Below are positions 1 to 8,528 of a DNA stretch of 64,000 nt, in pieces. The notes under the pieces are model-generated. The model ran no database searches. It had not been told where the DNA came from and saw only the letters and a list, made by a program, of their open reading frames with translations. Source of the stretch: Candidatus Hydrogenedentota bacterium. GTDB taxonomy: Bacteria > Hydrogenedentota > Hydrogenedentia > Hydrogenedentales > SLHB01. Positions within the stretch are counted from its first letter, which is position 1, and the number at the start of each line of letters is the position of its first letter. The stretch is from NCBI GenBank assembly GCA_963745075.1, contig CAVUWV010000018.1, forward strand, positions 290,522 to 354,521, written 5' to 3'. A program made the translations under genes and the position numbers.

Positions 1-492
1 AAGGAATCCGCGCAGGCGGTCATGAGCTACGTGCGCGCCAATGCCACGGATCTCGGCATCGACCCCGAGGAATTCAGCAAGTTCGACGTCCACATCCACG
101 TGCCCGCCGGCGCCGTGCCCAAGGATGGACCCAGCGCCGGCGTAACGATTCTTACTGCCGTGACGTCCCTCTTGACGGGCACGACCGTGAAGAATGGCCT
201 TGCCATGACGGGCGAGATTACGTTGCGCGGGTTGGTGCTGCCGGTGGGCGGCATCAAGGAAAAGGTGCTCGCGGCATCGCGGGCCGGCATCAAGGAACTC
301 GTTCTTCCGGAGCGGTGCAAAAACGATCTCGCGGACGTGCCGGAAAGCGCCAAGAAGAAACTGAACATACACTTCGTGACGCACATGAGTGACGTGCTTT
401 CGATCGCGCTCGGTCTGGGGGGTACCAGGACCGATGGGAAGGTCACTTCGAAGAAGCCAAAGGCAACGTCGCGATCCAAAACGCGCAAGTAG
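1..492 (+). CDS. lon: Lon (S16) ATP-dependent protease, C-terminal proteolytic domain; gene starts before the window
   Basis: Frame is open from base 1 (KESAQAVMSY...). Motifs HIHVPAGAVPKDGPSAG (catalytic Ser) and AMTGEITLRGLVLPVGGIKEK (catalytic Lys). Confidence 0.96.
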   Translation, partial: KESAQAVMSYVRANATDLGIDPEEFSKFDVHIHVPAGAVPKDGPSAGVTILTAVTSLLTGTTVKNGLAMTGEITLRGLVLPVGGIKEKVLAASRAGIKELVLPERCKNDLADVPESAKKKLNIHFVTHMSDVLSIALGLGGTRTDGKVTSKKPKATSRSKTRK

Positions 493-510
493 TCCGTACG
501 CCCGCGGACG

Positions 511-1146
511 TTAAAGAATGTTCAGTGACGCGTACGCGTCCACATCGATCTGTGCATCCCACGTGATGGCGTTTTCGGGGACCGACCCGGTGACCCGCAC
601 GCGGAGCGTCGGGCACCCCTGACCCGGCATGGTGTCGTTTTCCTGGATCAGTTTGAGGAGGTCGACATCTTTCGGTGGTTCAATCTCGATGGTGTCGCCA
701 AACCCGGTCAAGGAGTAGGCGCCGCCCAGGTTCACGGTATTAAAAATGCTTCCGTTTCGAGGGACGAAATAGACCTGGATGGCCTTCACGTCTCGAAAAT
801 CGCCATTCGCCGCATGGAGGACCGTGCGTTGCAGTTGGACCCGGCTCAGTTTGACGACGCTACTCAGATCGATACTCCCCGCCTGACGAAATACGTCGGT
901 CAAGTCGTTCTCCGTAGGCAGCGAACAAAGATCCTGCTCGATCACGCCCGAAACCAGGGGCAATCCTTGCGCCTGAGGATACGTCGAAGTGTCCAAAACA
1001 CCGGACGCTACCGGCAACGAGAACGAGACGGGGCCAATTTCGAGCCCGCCGTTCTTCAACCCGCACCCAGTGCCAAGAACGACGCCAAACACAACAACCA
1101 ACACCGCCAACCCATGATTCCAGCGCATACTGCGAATACTCCACAC
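511..1146 (-). CDS. Hypothetical lipoprotein
   Basis: Hydrophobic N-terminus ending in lipobox-like LGTGC; beta-rich body; start may be the ATG at 1125. Confidence 0.7.
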   Translation of the reverse strand: MWSIRSMRWNHGLAVLVVVFGVVLGTGCGLKNGGLEIGPVSFSLPVASGVLDTSTYPQAQGLPLVSGVIEQDLCSLPTENDLTDVFRQAGSIDLSSVVKLSRVQLQRTVLHAANGDFRDVKAIQVYFVPRNGSIFNTVNLGGAYSLTGFGDTIEIEPPKDVDLLKLIQENDTMPGQGCPTLRVRVTGSVPENAITWDAQIDVDAYASLNIL

Positions 1147-1302
1147 TGCTTACCATTTACCCGCACCAACTTGACCGCCCGTTCAGGCACTTGGTTTTCA
1201 CGAAGGCCTTGGGGTAGATTCGACACGGTCTAACGATCACAGTACCGGTCGGCGATTCGGGCATTACATCGATCTGCAAGCACAGGCGTACACGAGAAAC
1301 TC

Positions 1303-3003
1303 ATGAACAAGAAAGACGTTGCCAAGATCCTTGAAGAAATCGCGATTCTCCTCGAACTGTCGGGAGAGAACCCTTTTAAGTCGCGTTCCTACGAAAACGT
1401 GGCGCGGGCGCTCGAACAGCACGAGGAAGATATCGAGACCCTCGTTAAGGAGAAACGCCTCCGGGAGATCAAAGGCGTCGGCGATGCCCTCGAACAGAAG
1501 ATCGAAGAGTTGGTCACCACAGGCACGCTGGAGTACCACCAGGAGCTACGCTCCAAGTTCCCGGAGACCTTGTTCGAACTGTTCGGCATCCCCGGGCTGG
1601 GTGCGAAACGTATCAAACAGTTGTACGAGGAACTCGGCATCAAGTCGCTGGCCGAATTGGAGGCCGCGTGCAACGGCGACGAGATGACCAACCTGAAAGG
1701 GTTCGGCGACAAAATGCGCCAGAAGATCCTGGACGGTATTTCGTTGGTCAAGAAACACCGGGGTTTGTATCTCCTCAATCGGGCTTGGACCGAGGCAACG
1801 ATGCTGCGCGACTACCTCGCAAAGGACAAATCCGTTATCCGCATCGAGATCGCGGGCAGTCTGCGGCGACGCAAGGAAGTCATCAAGGACATCGACATTC
1901 TGGCGTCGTCCAAGAATCCCAAGAAACTGATGGAGCGATTCGTCGAAGCCGAGCGCGTCGATCGTGTCACGGGCCATGGCGACACCAAATCCAGCGTTAT
2001 CTTGAAATCCGGCATCGCGGCCGACTTGCGGGTCGTGACGGACGAAGAGTTTCCCTATGCCCTCCACCATTTCACGGGCAGCAAGGAACACAACGTCGCC
2101 ATGCGGCAACGCGCGAAAGATATGGACCTGAAAATGAACGAGTACGGCCTGTTCCGCGGCGATAAGAATGTGAAGTGCAAGGACGAAGCGGCCATCTTCA
2201 AGGAACTCGATCTGCCCTTCATACCGCCGGAACTGCGGGAGGACATGGGCGAACTCGACGTAAAGAAAATCCCGAAACTGGTCGAACGCGACGACCTCGT
2301 CGGCCTGATCCACTGTCATTCCACGTACAGCGACGGCCGGGACACCATCGAACACATGGCCGAAGCGGCAACAGAGCGCGGCTATAAGTACCTGATTCTC
2401 GCCGACCACAGCCAGTCCGCAGCCTACGCGGGCGGCCTTACGCCGGACAAGGTGAAGAAGCAGCATGGCGAGATCGACAAGCTCAACAAGAAACTCAAGG
2501 GATTCCGCATCTTCAAAGGCATCGAGTCGGACATCCGGACCGACGGTTCGCTGGACTACGAGGAAGACGTATTAAAATCCTTCGACTTCATCATCGCCTC
2601 CGTTCACAGCAAACTGGAGATGAGCCAAGACGAAGCGACGAAACGGGTGGTCAAAGCCATTGAGAACCCGTATACCAGTATCCTGGGCCATCCAACCGGC
2701 CGGTTGTTGCTGTCACGCGACGGGTATCCGCTCGATTACGAAAAGGTCTTCGACGCCTGCCGCGCGAACAACGTCGCCATCGAAATTAACGCCAATCCCC
2801 ATCGACTGGATCTGGATTGGCGCTATATCAAACGCGCGAAGGACAAGGGCCTTTGGTTCAGCATCGGCCCCGACGCCCACGAAGTCGCCGGCATCGACAA
2901 CGTCGAGTACGGCGTCGGTATCGCGCGTAAGGGTTGGATTGAGCCGAAGAATCTGATCAACTGCCTGAGCGCCGAAAAATTGCTGAAGTGGCGGACAAGA
3001 TAG
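1303..3003 (+). CDS. polX: DNA polymerase/3'-5' exonuclease PolX (family X polymerase + PHP domain)
   Basis: GENPFK N-terminus, HhH motifs (IKGVG, IPGLG), AGSLRR, catalytic KDIDIL and ADLRVV, HFTGSKEHN; PHP motifs HCHS, DHS, GHPTGR, DAH. Confidence 0.96.
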   Translation: MNKKDVAKILEEIAILLELSGENPFKSRSYENVARALEQHEEDIETLVKEKRLREIKGVGDALEQKIEELVTTGTLEYHQELRSKFPETLFELFGIPGLGAKRIKQLYEELGIKSLAELEAACNGDEMTNLKGFGDKMRQKILDGISLVKKHRGLYLLNRAWTEATMLRDYLAKDKSVIRIEIAGSLRRRKEVIKDIDILASSKNPKKLMERFVEAERVDRVTGHGDTKSSVILKSGIAADLRVVTDEEFPYALHHFTGSKEHNVAMRQRAKDMDLKMNEYGLFRGDKNVKCKDEAAIFKELDLPFIPPELREDMGELDVKKIPKLVERDDLVGLIHCHSTYSDGRDTIEHMAEAATERGYKYLILADHSQSAAYAGGLTPDKVKKQHGEIDKLNKKLKGFRIFKGIESDIRTDGSLDYEEDVLKSFDFIIASVHSKLEMSQDEATKRVVKAIENPYTSILGHPTGRLLLSRDGYPLDYEKVFDACRANNVAIEINANPHRLDLDWRYIKRAKDKGLWFSIGPDAHEVAGIDNVEYGVGIARKGWIEPKNLINCLSAEKLLKWRTR

Positions 3004-3013
3004 TAAACCAAGA

Positions 3014-3170
3014 ACATCCCCCTTAGTCCCCCTTCAAAGGGGGAGTTCACCACAACGCTTTGCGTTGTGGTAAGGGCAACCGAAGGCCTATCCCAAAGCG
3101 CGGGGCCAATCAAATGCCAAGAGACGTGGCCGTGCAATTTCCCCCTTTGAAGGGGGATCAAGGGGGATGT
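3014..3170. repeat. REPIN/MITE-like element bounded by 31-bp inverted repeats
   Basis: acatcccccttagtcccccttcaaaggggga (3014-3044) versus tccccctttgaagggggatcaagggggatgt (3140-3170); 29/31 complementary. Confidence 0.8.
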
Positions 3171-3218
3171 AGGCCTGCGTCATACAACGACGTTGCCGGC
3201 CAGATAGGAGAATCTTCA

Positions 3219-3896
3219 ATGCCCACGTTCAAGAAAACGATCGCGGCACAGAAGGAGCGCGCGCTGGACGTAGTGCAACGTCTGGAGGCGGAGTATCCGA
3301 ACGCGACGTGCTCGCTGGACTACAAGAACCCGGTACAACTCATGGTGGCGACCATCCTCGCCGCGCAGTGTACGGACGAACGCGTCAACATCGTGACGAA
3401 GTCGTTGTTCAAGCAGTACAAGTCCGCCAAAGCCTTTGCGAATGCACCTGACGGCGAACTCGAAGAGGCCATCCGCACCTGCGGATTCTACCGGCAAAAG
3501 TCGAAGAGCATCCGCGAAGCCTGCCGCGACATTGTCGAGAAACACGGCGGCAAAATCCCAAACTCCATGGAGGACTTGGTGAAGCTGCGCGGCGTCGGAC
3601 GCAAGACAGCGAACGTCCTCATGGCCGAATGCTTCGAGCCCGTTGGCGTCATTGTCGACACCCACTGCAAACGCCTCAGCAACCGTCTCGGTTTCACGAC
3701 GAAATCCGACCCCGACAAGATCGAGCAGGACATCATGAAGCTTCTCCCGCAAGAACACTGGCGGATGTATTCCCATTGCCTCGTGTTCCACGGGCGCGCC
3801 GTGTGCAACGCACGAAGCCCGAAGTGTTCCGAGTGCGTCGTGCGGAATCTGTGTCCGTTCCCGGAGACCAAGGAGGGGAAGAAGATCGCGAAGTAA
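3219..3896 (+). CDS. nth: Endonuclease III (HhH-GPD glycosylase/AP lyase, 4Fe-4S)
   Basis: ATILAAQCTDERVN, HhH LRGVGRKTANV, VDTH, C-x6-C-x2-C-x5-C; AGGAG RBS before the ATG at 3219. Confidence 0.96.
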   Translation: MPTFKKTIAAQKERALDVVQRLEAEYPNATCSLDYKNPVQLMVATILAAQCTDERVNIVTKSLFKQYKSAKAFANAPDGELEEAIRTCGFYRQKSKSIREACRDIVEKHGGKIPNSMEDLVKLRGVGRKTANVLMAECFEPVGVIVDTHCKRLSNRLGFTTKSDPDKIEQDIMKLLPQEHWRMYSHCLVFHGRAVCNARSPKCSECVVRNLCPFPETKEGKKIAK

Positions 3897-3905
3897 TTGG
3901 GAAAA

Positions 3906-4002
3906 AGAGACCGCAGGGACATTAGGGACAACAGAGACTCCGGAAACGCTACCCCGGCTGATGCTGACCGTCCTTGCTGTCGCTGTTGTCGCTGCTGTCC
4001 CT
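3906..4002. repeat. Two facing arrays of degenerate 9-bp tandem repeats
   Basis: agagaccgc/agggacatt/agggacaac/agagactcc (3906-3941) and the inverted gtccttgct/gtcgctgtt/gtcgctgct/gtccct (3970-4002), between convergent genes. Confidence 0.65.
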
Positions 4003-4005
4003 CTT

Positions 4006-4734
4006 TTACCTCGGCCCCACGAAGAACCGATCCAGAAACGCCGTCATCTCCGGAATATACCGATCCTTATTAATCCCCGTGTCGTAGTGATCGCCGTGCG
4101 TTTCGACGAACGCCTTGGGCTCGTTGGCGCGCTCGTACAGGCCGCGGCCGTGCCGGATGGGGAACAACGTATCGTCCTTGCTGTGAATGATCATAACGGG
4201 ATAGCGCACGGTGCCGATCTTGTCCTTGTTCGAGAGGTGATACCGAATAAGCAAGCCCCACGGTCCCCATGGCGTGTGGTCGCTCGCGGCTTCGGGAATG
4301 GACAGGTAGGTGCTCTCGAGCACCAGCGCGCCCGCGTCGACCTCCGTCGGCTGTCCCGTGCTGCGGCCGAAACCGCCATAGTCGAAGATCAGCGTCGAGA
4401 ATCCCAGCGCCCGGTGCATTCCCGTCGCAGGGAAGTGCATGGACAAGTTTCCGCCGTTCCCGTGGCAATAGAGGACCACGCCTTTCGCATTCTCGACGGG
4501 AAGATACCAGCCATAGGTGGTCTCCTTCCCGACGGGGACGGTAACCTCTTCGAGCGGCCAGTCATGCACCTTTGGCGTGATCGTGATACCGGGTTCCCCT
4601 TGCGCAATGAGCAACGTCTGGGCGAAGTAGAAGACCACGTAGAACCCGACAAGCGAGACAATGAGTAGTATCCCCAGTCGTCGCAACCGTCGCCATATTC
4701 CAAGTGCGTTGGACTTCTTCGGTGCATTCACCAT
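4006..4734 (-). CDS. Membrane-anchored alpha/beta hydrolase (Bem46/ABHD13-like) lacking the GxSxG segment
   Basis: N-terminal TM helix, LYCHGNGGN, FDYGGFGRSTG, ALVLEST, IHSKDD, GDH; no GxSxG motif. Confidence 0.8.
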   Translation of the reverse strand: MVNAPKKSNALGIWRRLRRLGILLIVSLVGFYVVFYFAQTLLIAQGEPGITITPKVHDWPLEEVTVPVGKETTYGWYLPVENAKGVVLYCHGNGGNLSMHFPATGMHRALGFSTLIFDYGGFGRSTGQPTEVDAGALVLESTYLSIPEAASDHTPWGPWGLLIRYHLSNKDKIGTVRYPVMIIHSKDDTLFPIRHGRGLYERANEPKAFVETHGDHYDTGINKDRYIPEMTAFLDRFFVGPR

Positions 4735-4759
4735 ATTATGATTACAGTAAGGTTTTCAC

Positions 4760-6037
4760 ATGGCAAGGTGCAAGCTAACGCACCCGGGAATCGCAATCGT
4801 GGCCACGAGTCTCGAAAAACTGCCCTATAAGAAGAACTTTTCCCCGCCGATAACACCGCTCATGCGTTCCATCTGGCTCACGTATCTCGGTCTCGCAGGC
4901 TCGCTCATGATCGCGGCATTCCTGTCCCGCCTTTCGTTATTCGACTGGGACACATTTCAGCGAATGTCCGAAAAGACCGGGGAAGCGATGGTCGTCCCCA
5001 TGACGGCACGACTGACGATATGGGCGTTTGCCTCGGACCCATGGCTTGGGATCTTATGGGGTGCATTTGTCGGTACGCTGTTGATGCTTCAACTGAATGC
5101 GGATCAGCATAGACATCTCGATTACTACGCGGAGCGGATGGTTCGCCAAAACCGCATTTCATTTCGGGGTTTCTCCGATCGGAGAATTTGGACCGTCTTA
5201 GGGTGGGTCACCGGATTCGTGCTTCTGGACGTCGTCGGCGCGTATGTCCTGAACGTGTCCCCGAAGACGTCGTTGCCCGCGATGCTAATTCCCGCGTTCC
5301 TGTCCTATCGCGTCGATAAGAGCATCTACGAGCTCGCCAAACAGAACTACGCTGTTGCGCTGGACCAAGGTCTGATTCCAAACGGCTCGCTTCATCCCAG
5401 CCGCGGACAGTATTTCAATCTCGTTTTTGCATTGGTAGGAAGTATTGCGATTACCGTCTGTTTCTCGATATTCCTCGCATCGGTCTGGAGCGAACTCGGT
5501 AGTTTTCGCGACCATAATCTGGAAATGACCGGAATGACCCGCACACCGGAGGAGGCCCAGGCGCTGGAAAAGCAACTGGAACGCAACCCCGACAACCGGG
5601 ACGCACACGTGATTCTCGCCGCGTACTACGGAGGCGCTCGATTCGAAGTTCCCGAGGGCGATCAAGACGCGATGCGGCAGGCGTACTACCGCCACACGCT
5701 CTGGCTTATTGAGCATGCGCCGGAGAATTTTGCGGCGATACTGCTATTTCCGCGTGACGGGGAAGCGTACAAAGAGGCACGGCGCCTGTGGCAGCGGAAT
5801 ATCGAGACCAAGGCAGACGATCCGAGAGTGTTGATAAACGCGGCCAGCTTCTTCGACGATACCGATCCAGCGTTGGCCGAAGAAATCCTCCGAAAGGGTC
5901 AAGCGCTTGAACCGGATAATCCGGAGTGGAAAGAGGAAATAACCAAACTTCATCTGCAGACACTGAAACGTGCCGAACGCGACCTGGATCGCAAAGACGT
6001 ACTCGAGCGCATTCCCTATAACGACGAGGACGACTAG
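4760..6037 (+). CDS. Multi-pass membrane protein with C-terminal TPR-like helical domain
   Basis: About 5 hydrophobic segments, then TPR-like helices (LEKQLERNPDN...; AEEILRKGQALEPDNPEW); start uncertain. Confidence 0.65.
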   Translation: MARCKLTHPGIAIVATSLEKLPYKKNFSPPITPLMRSIWLTYLGLAGSLMIAAFLSRLSLFDWDTFQRMSEKTGEAMVVPMTARLTIWAFASDPWLGILWGAFVGTLLMLQLNADQHRHLDYYAERMVRQNRISFRGFSDRRIWTVLGWVTGFVLLDVVGAYVLNVSPKTSLPAMLIPAFLSYRVDKSIYELAKQNYAVALDQGLIPNGSLHPSRGQYFNLVFALVGSIAITVCFSIFLASVWSELGSFRDHNLEMTGMTRTPEEAQALEKQLERNPDNRDAHVILAAYYGGARFEVPEGDQDAMRQAYYRHTLWLIEHAPENFAAILLFPRDGEAYKEARRLWQRNIETKADDPRVLINAASFFDDTDPALAEEILRKGQALEPDNPEWKEEITKLHLQTLKRAERDLDRKDVLERIPYNDEDD

Positions 6038-6103
6038 TCGGGTCCGGATTTCCAGTGTCTTTTCAAGATCCGCACGAAGTCTTCAGAAGAATGAGTGGCA
6101 CAA

Positions 6104-6192
6104 TGTAGACGCGGCTTCCAGCCGCGTTGAGTCTTCTCTTGCCTGGCGTGACTTACCGGGAAGAGCTAACGCGGCTGGAAGCCGCGTCTACA
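6104..6192. repeat. GTAG-type REP doublet (REPIN-like)
   Basis: Perfect 25-bp inverted pair tgtagacgcggcttccagccgcgtt (6104-6128) / aacgcggctggaagccgcgtctaca (6168-6192); each unit is GTAG followed by an internal hairpin. Confidence 0.85.
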
Positions 6193-6266
6193 CAGGTCGC
6201 CGCCCTTGCAGCGCATGTTGTGCTTACCGCACAATCCCTTCGACGACACGAAACCTGGGTGCGATA

Positions 6267-6944
6267 GTGAGCACGAACCGAACAAATAGAAAGACCTCCC
6301 CCCTTGTACTCAGCCTCGTCGCGGCGTACGTATTCGTCGTGCTGCTGGTGGACACACTCGCGGCGTTGGGGGTCCGCGAGCCGATTGACTGGCGAATCTT
6401 TCGCTGGCAATCGGCGAACGGGTTCGACTGGTTCAAATTCATCACCTGGTTCGTCGTGCCGTTTATCCTGAGCCTGCGCGGGATGGATTGGGGGTTCTTC
6501 GGATTCAAACGCTGGAAACGGCGGGACTGGGCGCTGTTGGCCGCGCTCGGCGTGCTGGGCTTGGTCGCCGTGCTCGCCATCAACGTGTTCCCGAGTCTGC
6601 GCGAGTATTACCCGTCGTATCGCAACGCACCCTGGCCGCAGAAATGGGACGTGATCGCACGCGGTTTGTTGTGGACCTTCTCGTGGCTCGTGGGTTGGGA
6701 ATTCCTGCACCGGTACTTTCTGCTGCGGCCCTTCGCGGCCCGGTGGCCGCGTTACGGGTGGCTGATCGTGCCGTTCTCGGAAGGGGTGTACCACTTGCAG
6801 AAAGCACCGTTGGAAATGACGGCAATGGTCGTGTTTTCCCTCGTCCTCACGTCGTGGGCCCTGCGGCGCCGGAACGCCCTGCTCCCCTTCCTGGCGCATC
6901 TGATGGTGGAGGTCGAGCTGGTGCTGTTCATGGTGCTGGCGTAG
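6267..6944 (+). CDS. CPBP (Abi/CAAX type II) family intramembrane metalloprotease-like protein
   Basis: Multiple TM helices with WEFLHR, GVYHL and LAHLMVE motifs; GTG start chosen downstream of the REP element. Confidence 0.75.
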   Translation: MSTNRTNRKTSPLVLSLVAAYVFVVLLVDTLAALGVREPIDWRIFRWQSANGFDWFKFITWFVVPFILSLRGMDWGFFGFKRWKRRDWALLAALGVLGLVAVLAINVFPSLREYYPSYRNAPWPQKWDVIARGLLWTFSWLVGWEFLHRYFLLRPFAARWPRYGWLIVPFSEGVYHLQKAPLEMTAMVVFSLVLTSWALRRRNALLPFLAHLMVEVELVLFMVLA

Positions 6945-6958
6945 AGCGCACTCTTCCT

Positions 6959-6994
6959 TCGTAATCGTTATCGTGCTCGTAATCGTAATCGAGC
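6959..6994. repeat. Hexamer tandem repeat (TCGTAA-like x6)
   Basis: tcgtaa tcgtta tcgtgc tcgtaa tcgtaa tcgagc between convergent genes. Confidence 0.6.
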
Positions 6995-7033
6995 GGCTTT
7001 GTCGAGCGGGAGGCAGCAGAAAGTTGAGCCGCT

Positions 7034-7354
7034 CTACTCCTCGATCGGCGTCAGCGTAATAAAGATGTCCTCCCCTTCGACTTTCAACCCGTATTTCCTC
7101 AGCCGCGTCGAGTCGTGCGTGAGGCAATCGCCGGTACGGATGTTGTACACCCACTGATGGCGGGGGCAGGTGACGATATCTCCTTTGAAGGTGCCGGTCG
7201 TGAGGTCCCAGTTCTGGTGTTTGCAGCTAATCTCCGTGGCGAAAAAGGTGCCGTCCGGGTCTTTGAAAATAGCGACATTGCGGGCCAGCAGTTTGATCTT
7301 TTTGAAGCGTTGCTTCTCGAACTCGGACACTTTGGCGATCTTGACGTATTGCAT
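7034..7354 (-). CDS. Rieske [2Fe-2S] ferredoxin-type protein
   Basis: CKH and CPRH ligand boxes in a 106-aa protein starting MQYVKIAKV. Confidence 0.92.
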   Translation of the reverse strand: MQYVKIAKVSEFEKQRFKKIKLLARNVAIFKDPDGTFFATEISCKHQNWDLTTGTFKGDIVTCPRHQWVYNIRTGDCLTHDSTRLRKYGLKVEGEDIFITLTPIEE

Positions 7355-7475
7355 GGTGAAGACATTAGCGGGAGGGGCCGGGGTGATGCAAAACAATCCG
7401 CCCATCCAAAATCCGCAATTGCGTACCCCGCGCGTCCTTGATATCATTACACTCGAATCCGTGGACGCAAGGCAC

Positions 7476-8390
7476 ATGGCTGGCGAAAAAAAACAAGACG
7501 GCGACACGACCAAACTCATCCTCGCGGAGGAGTTGGAAGCGGTCCGTGCGATGCACGAAGGGCAGCGCGCGAGCCTCATCGTGCTTGCGGGATGGGAAAT
7601 CGGTCGGGAATTCCCCATTCAGGAAACCCAGGTGACCATTGGCCGCTCGCCGGAGGCGACGGTATCGGTCGGGCTGGCGTCCGTATCCCGGCAGCACGCG
7701 AGCATCACGTTCACGAAATGCGACGAAGGCGAATACTACGAAATCGCCGATCTCAACAGCATGAACGGCACGCGGGTCAACAATCAGCCCGTACAGACGG
7801 TACGCCTGAACAACAACGACAAAATCCAGTTGGGCGATCTCGTGCTGAAGTTCATGGTGCAGGACAACGTGGACGCCCAGTTCCATCAGGAAGTTCATCG
7901 CCGGATTCACTACAACGACTTGACGGGGCTTCTCGCGCTGGCATCCTTCAAGCCGCACGTGCAAGACGAAATTGCAAAGAGCAAAACACCCTTCACATTG
8001 GCCATGACGGATCTGGATGGGTTGAAGAAAGTCAACGACACGTTCGGGCACCTGCAAGGAAGCCGGGTGATCCAGGAGATGGGCGGCGCCATCCGATCGA
8101 TTCTCCGCCCCCGGGATCGGGCAGGTCTTTATGGCGGCGACGAAGCGATCATTCTATATCCAAACTCGCCGATCGACGAGGCGTCGGAACGGGCGGAACT
8201 GCTGCGCCAACAGATTGCCGGGCTGCAGTTCGAGCAGAACGGGGTGCCGTTCAGCGTCACGATCAGCCAGGGGCTCGCCGAGTGGCCGACCCATGGGCGC
8301 ACCATTGAACAGATCATCGCGGCCGCCGATGGCGCCTTGTACGCGGCCAAGGGCGCGGGCAGAAACTGTACCCGCTGCGCCGGGAACTAG
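7476..8390 (+). CDS. FHA-domain diguanylate cyclase (FHA + GGDEF)
   Basis: FHA motifs IGR, SRQHA, DLNSMNGT; DLTGL, DLDGLKKVNDTFGH, RPRD I-site, GGDEA, AADGALYAAK. Confidence 0.9.
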   Translation: MAGEKKQDGDTTKLILAEELEAVRAMHEGQRASLIVLAGWEIGREFPIQETQVTIGRSPEATVSVGLASVSRQHASITFTKCDEGEYYEIADLNSMNGTRVNNQPVQTVRLNNNDKIQLGDLVLKFMVQDNVDAQFHQEVHRRIHYNDLTGLLALASFKPHVQDEIAKSKTPFTLAMTDLDGLKKVNDTFGHLQGSRVIQEMGGAIRSILRPRDRAGLYGGDEAIILYPNSPIDEASERAELLRQQIAGLQFEQNGVPFSVTISQGLAEWPTHGRTIEQIIAAADGALYAAKGAGRNCTRCAGN

Positions 8391-8528
8391 ACGTCAACCG
8401 GCCAGACGTATCCATCCTCATGCGTCACCATCTCTATGACTGCCTGCATGTGCGGGGAGAATTGTTACCGAGTGTGCATGACAGCTATGATTACAATATA
8501 AGCACGGGGGCGCTGGGAAGGTACCACC

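Noticed and set aside
3060..3218. N-terminal extension of the nth ORF
   Set aside because: It runs through the inverted-repeat element; the RBS and homology start at 3219.
5970..6266. Long N-terminal extension of the CPBP ORF
   Set aside because: It overlaps the upstream gene and translates the REP doublet (DAASSRV/NAAGSRV are repeat artefacts).
6153..7154. 333-aa minus-strand ORF with an ITITSTITIT tract
   Set aside because: Antisense shadow of the CPBP gene; the tract is the hexamer repeat.
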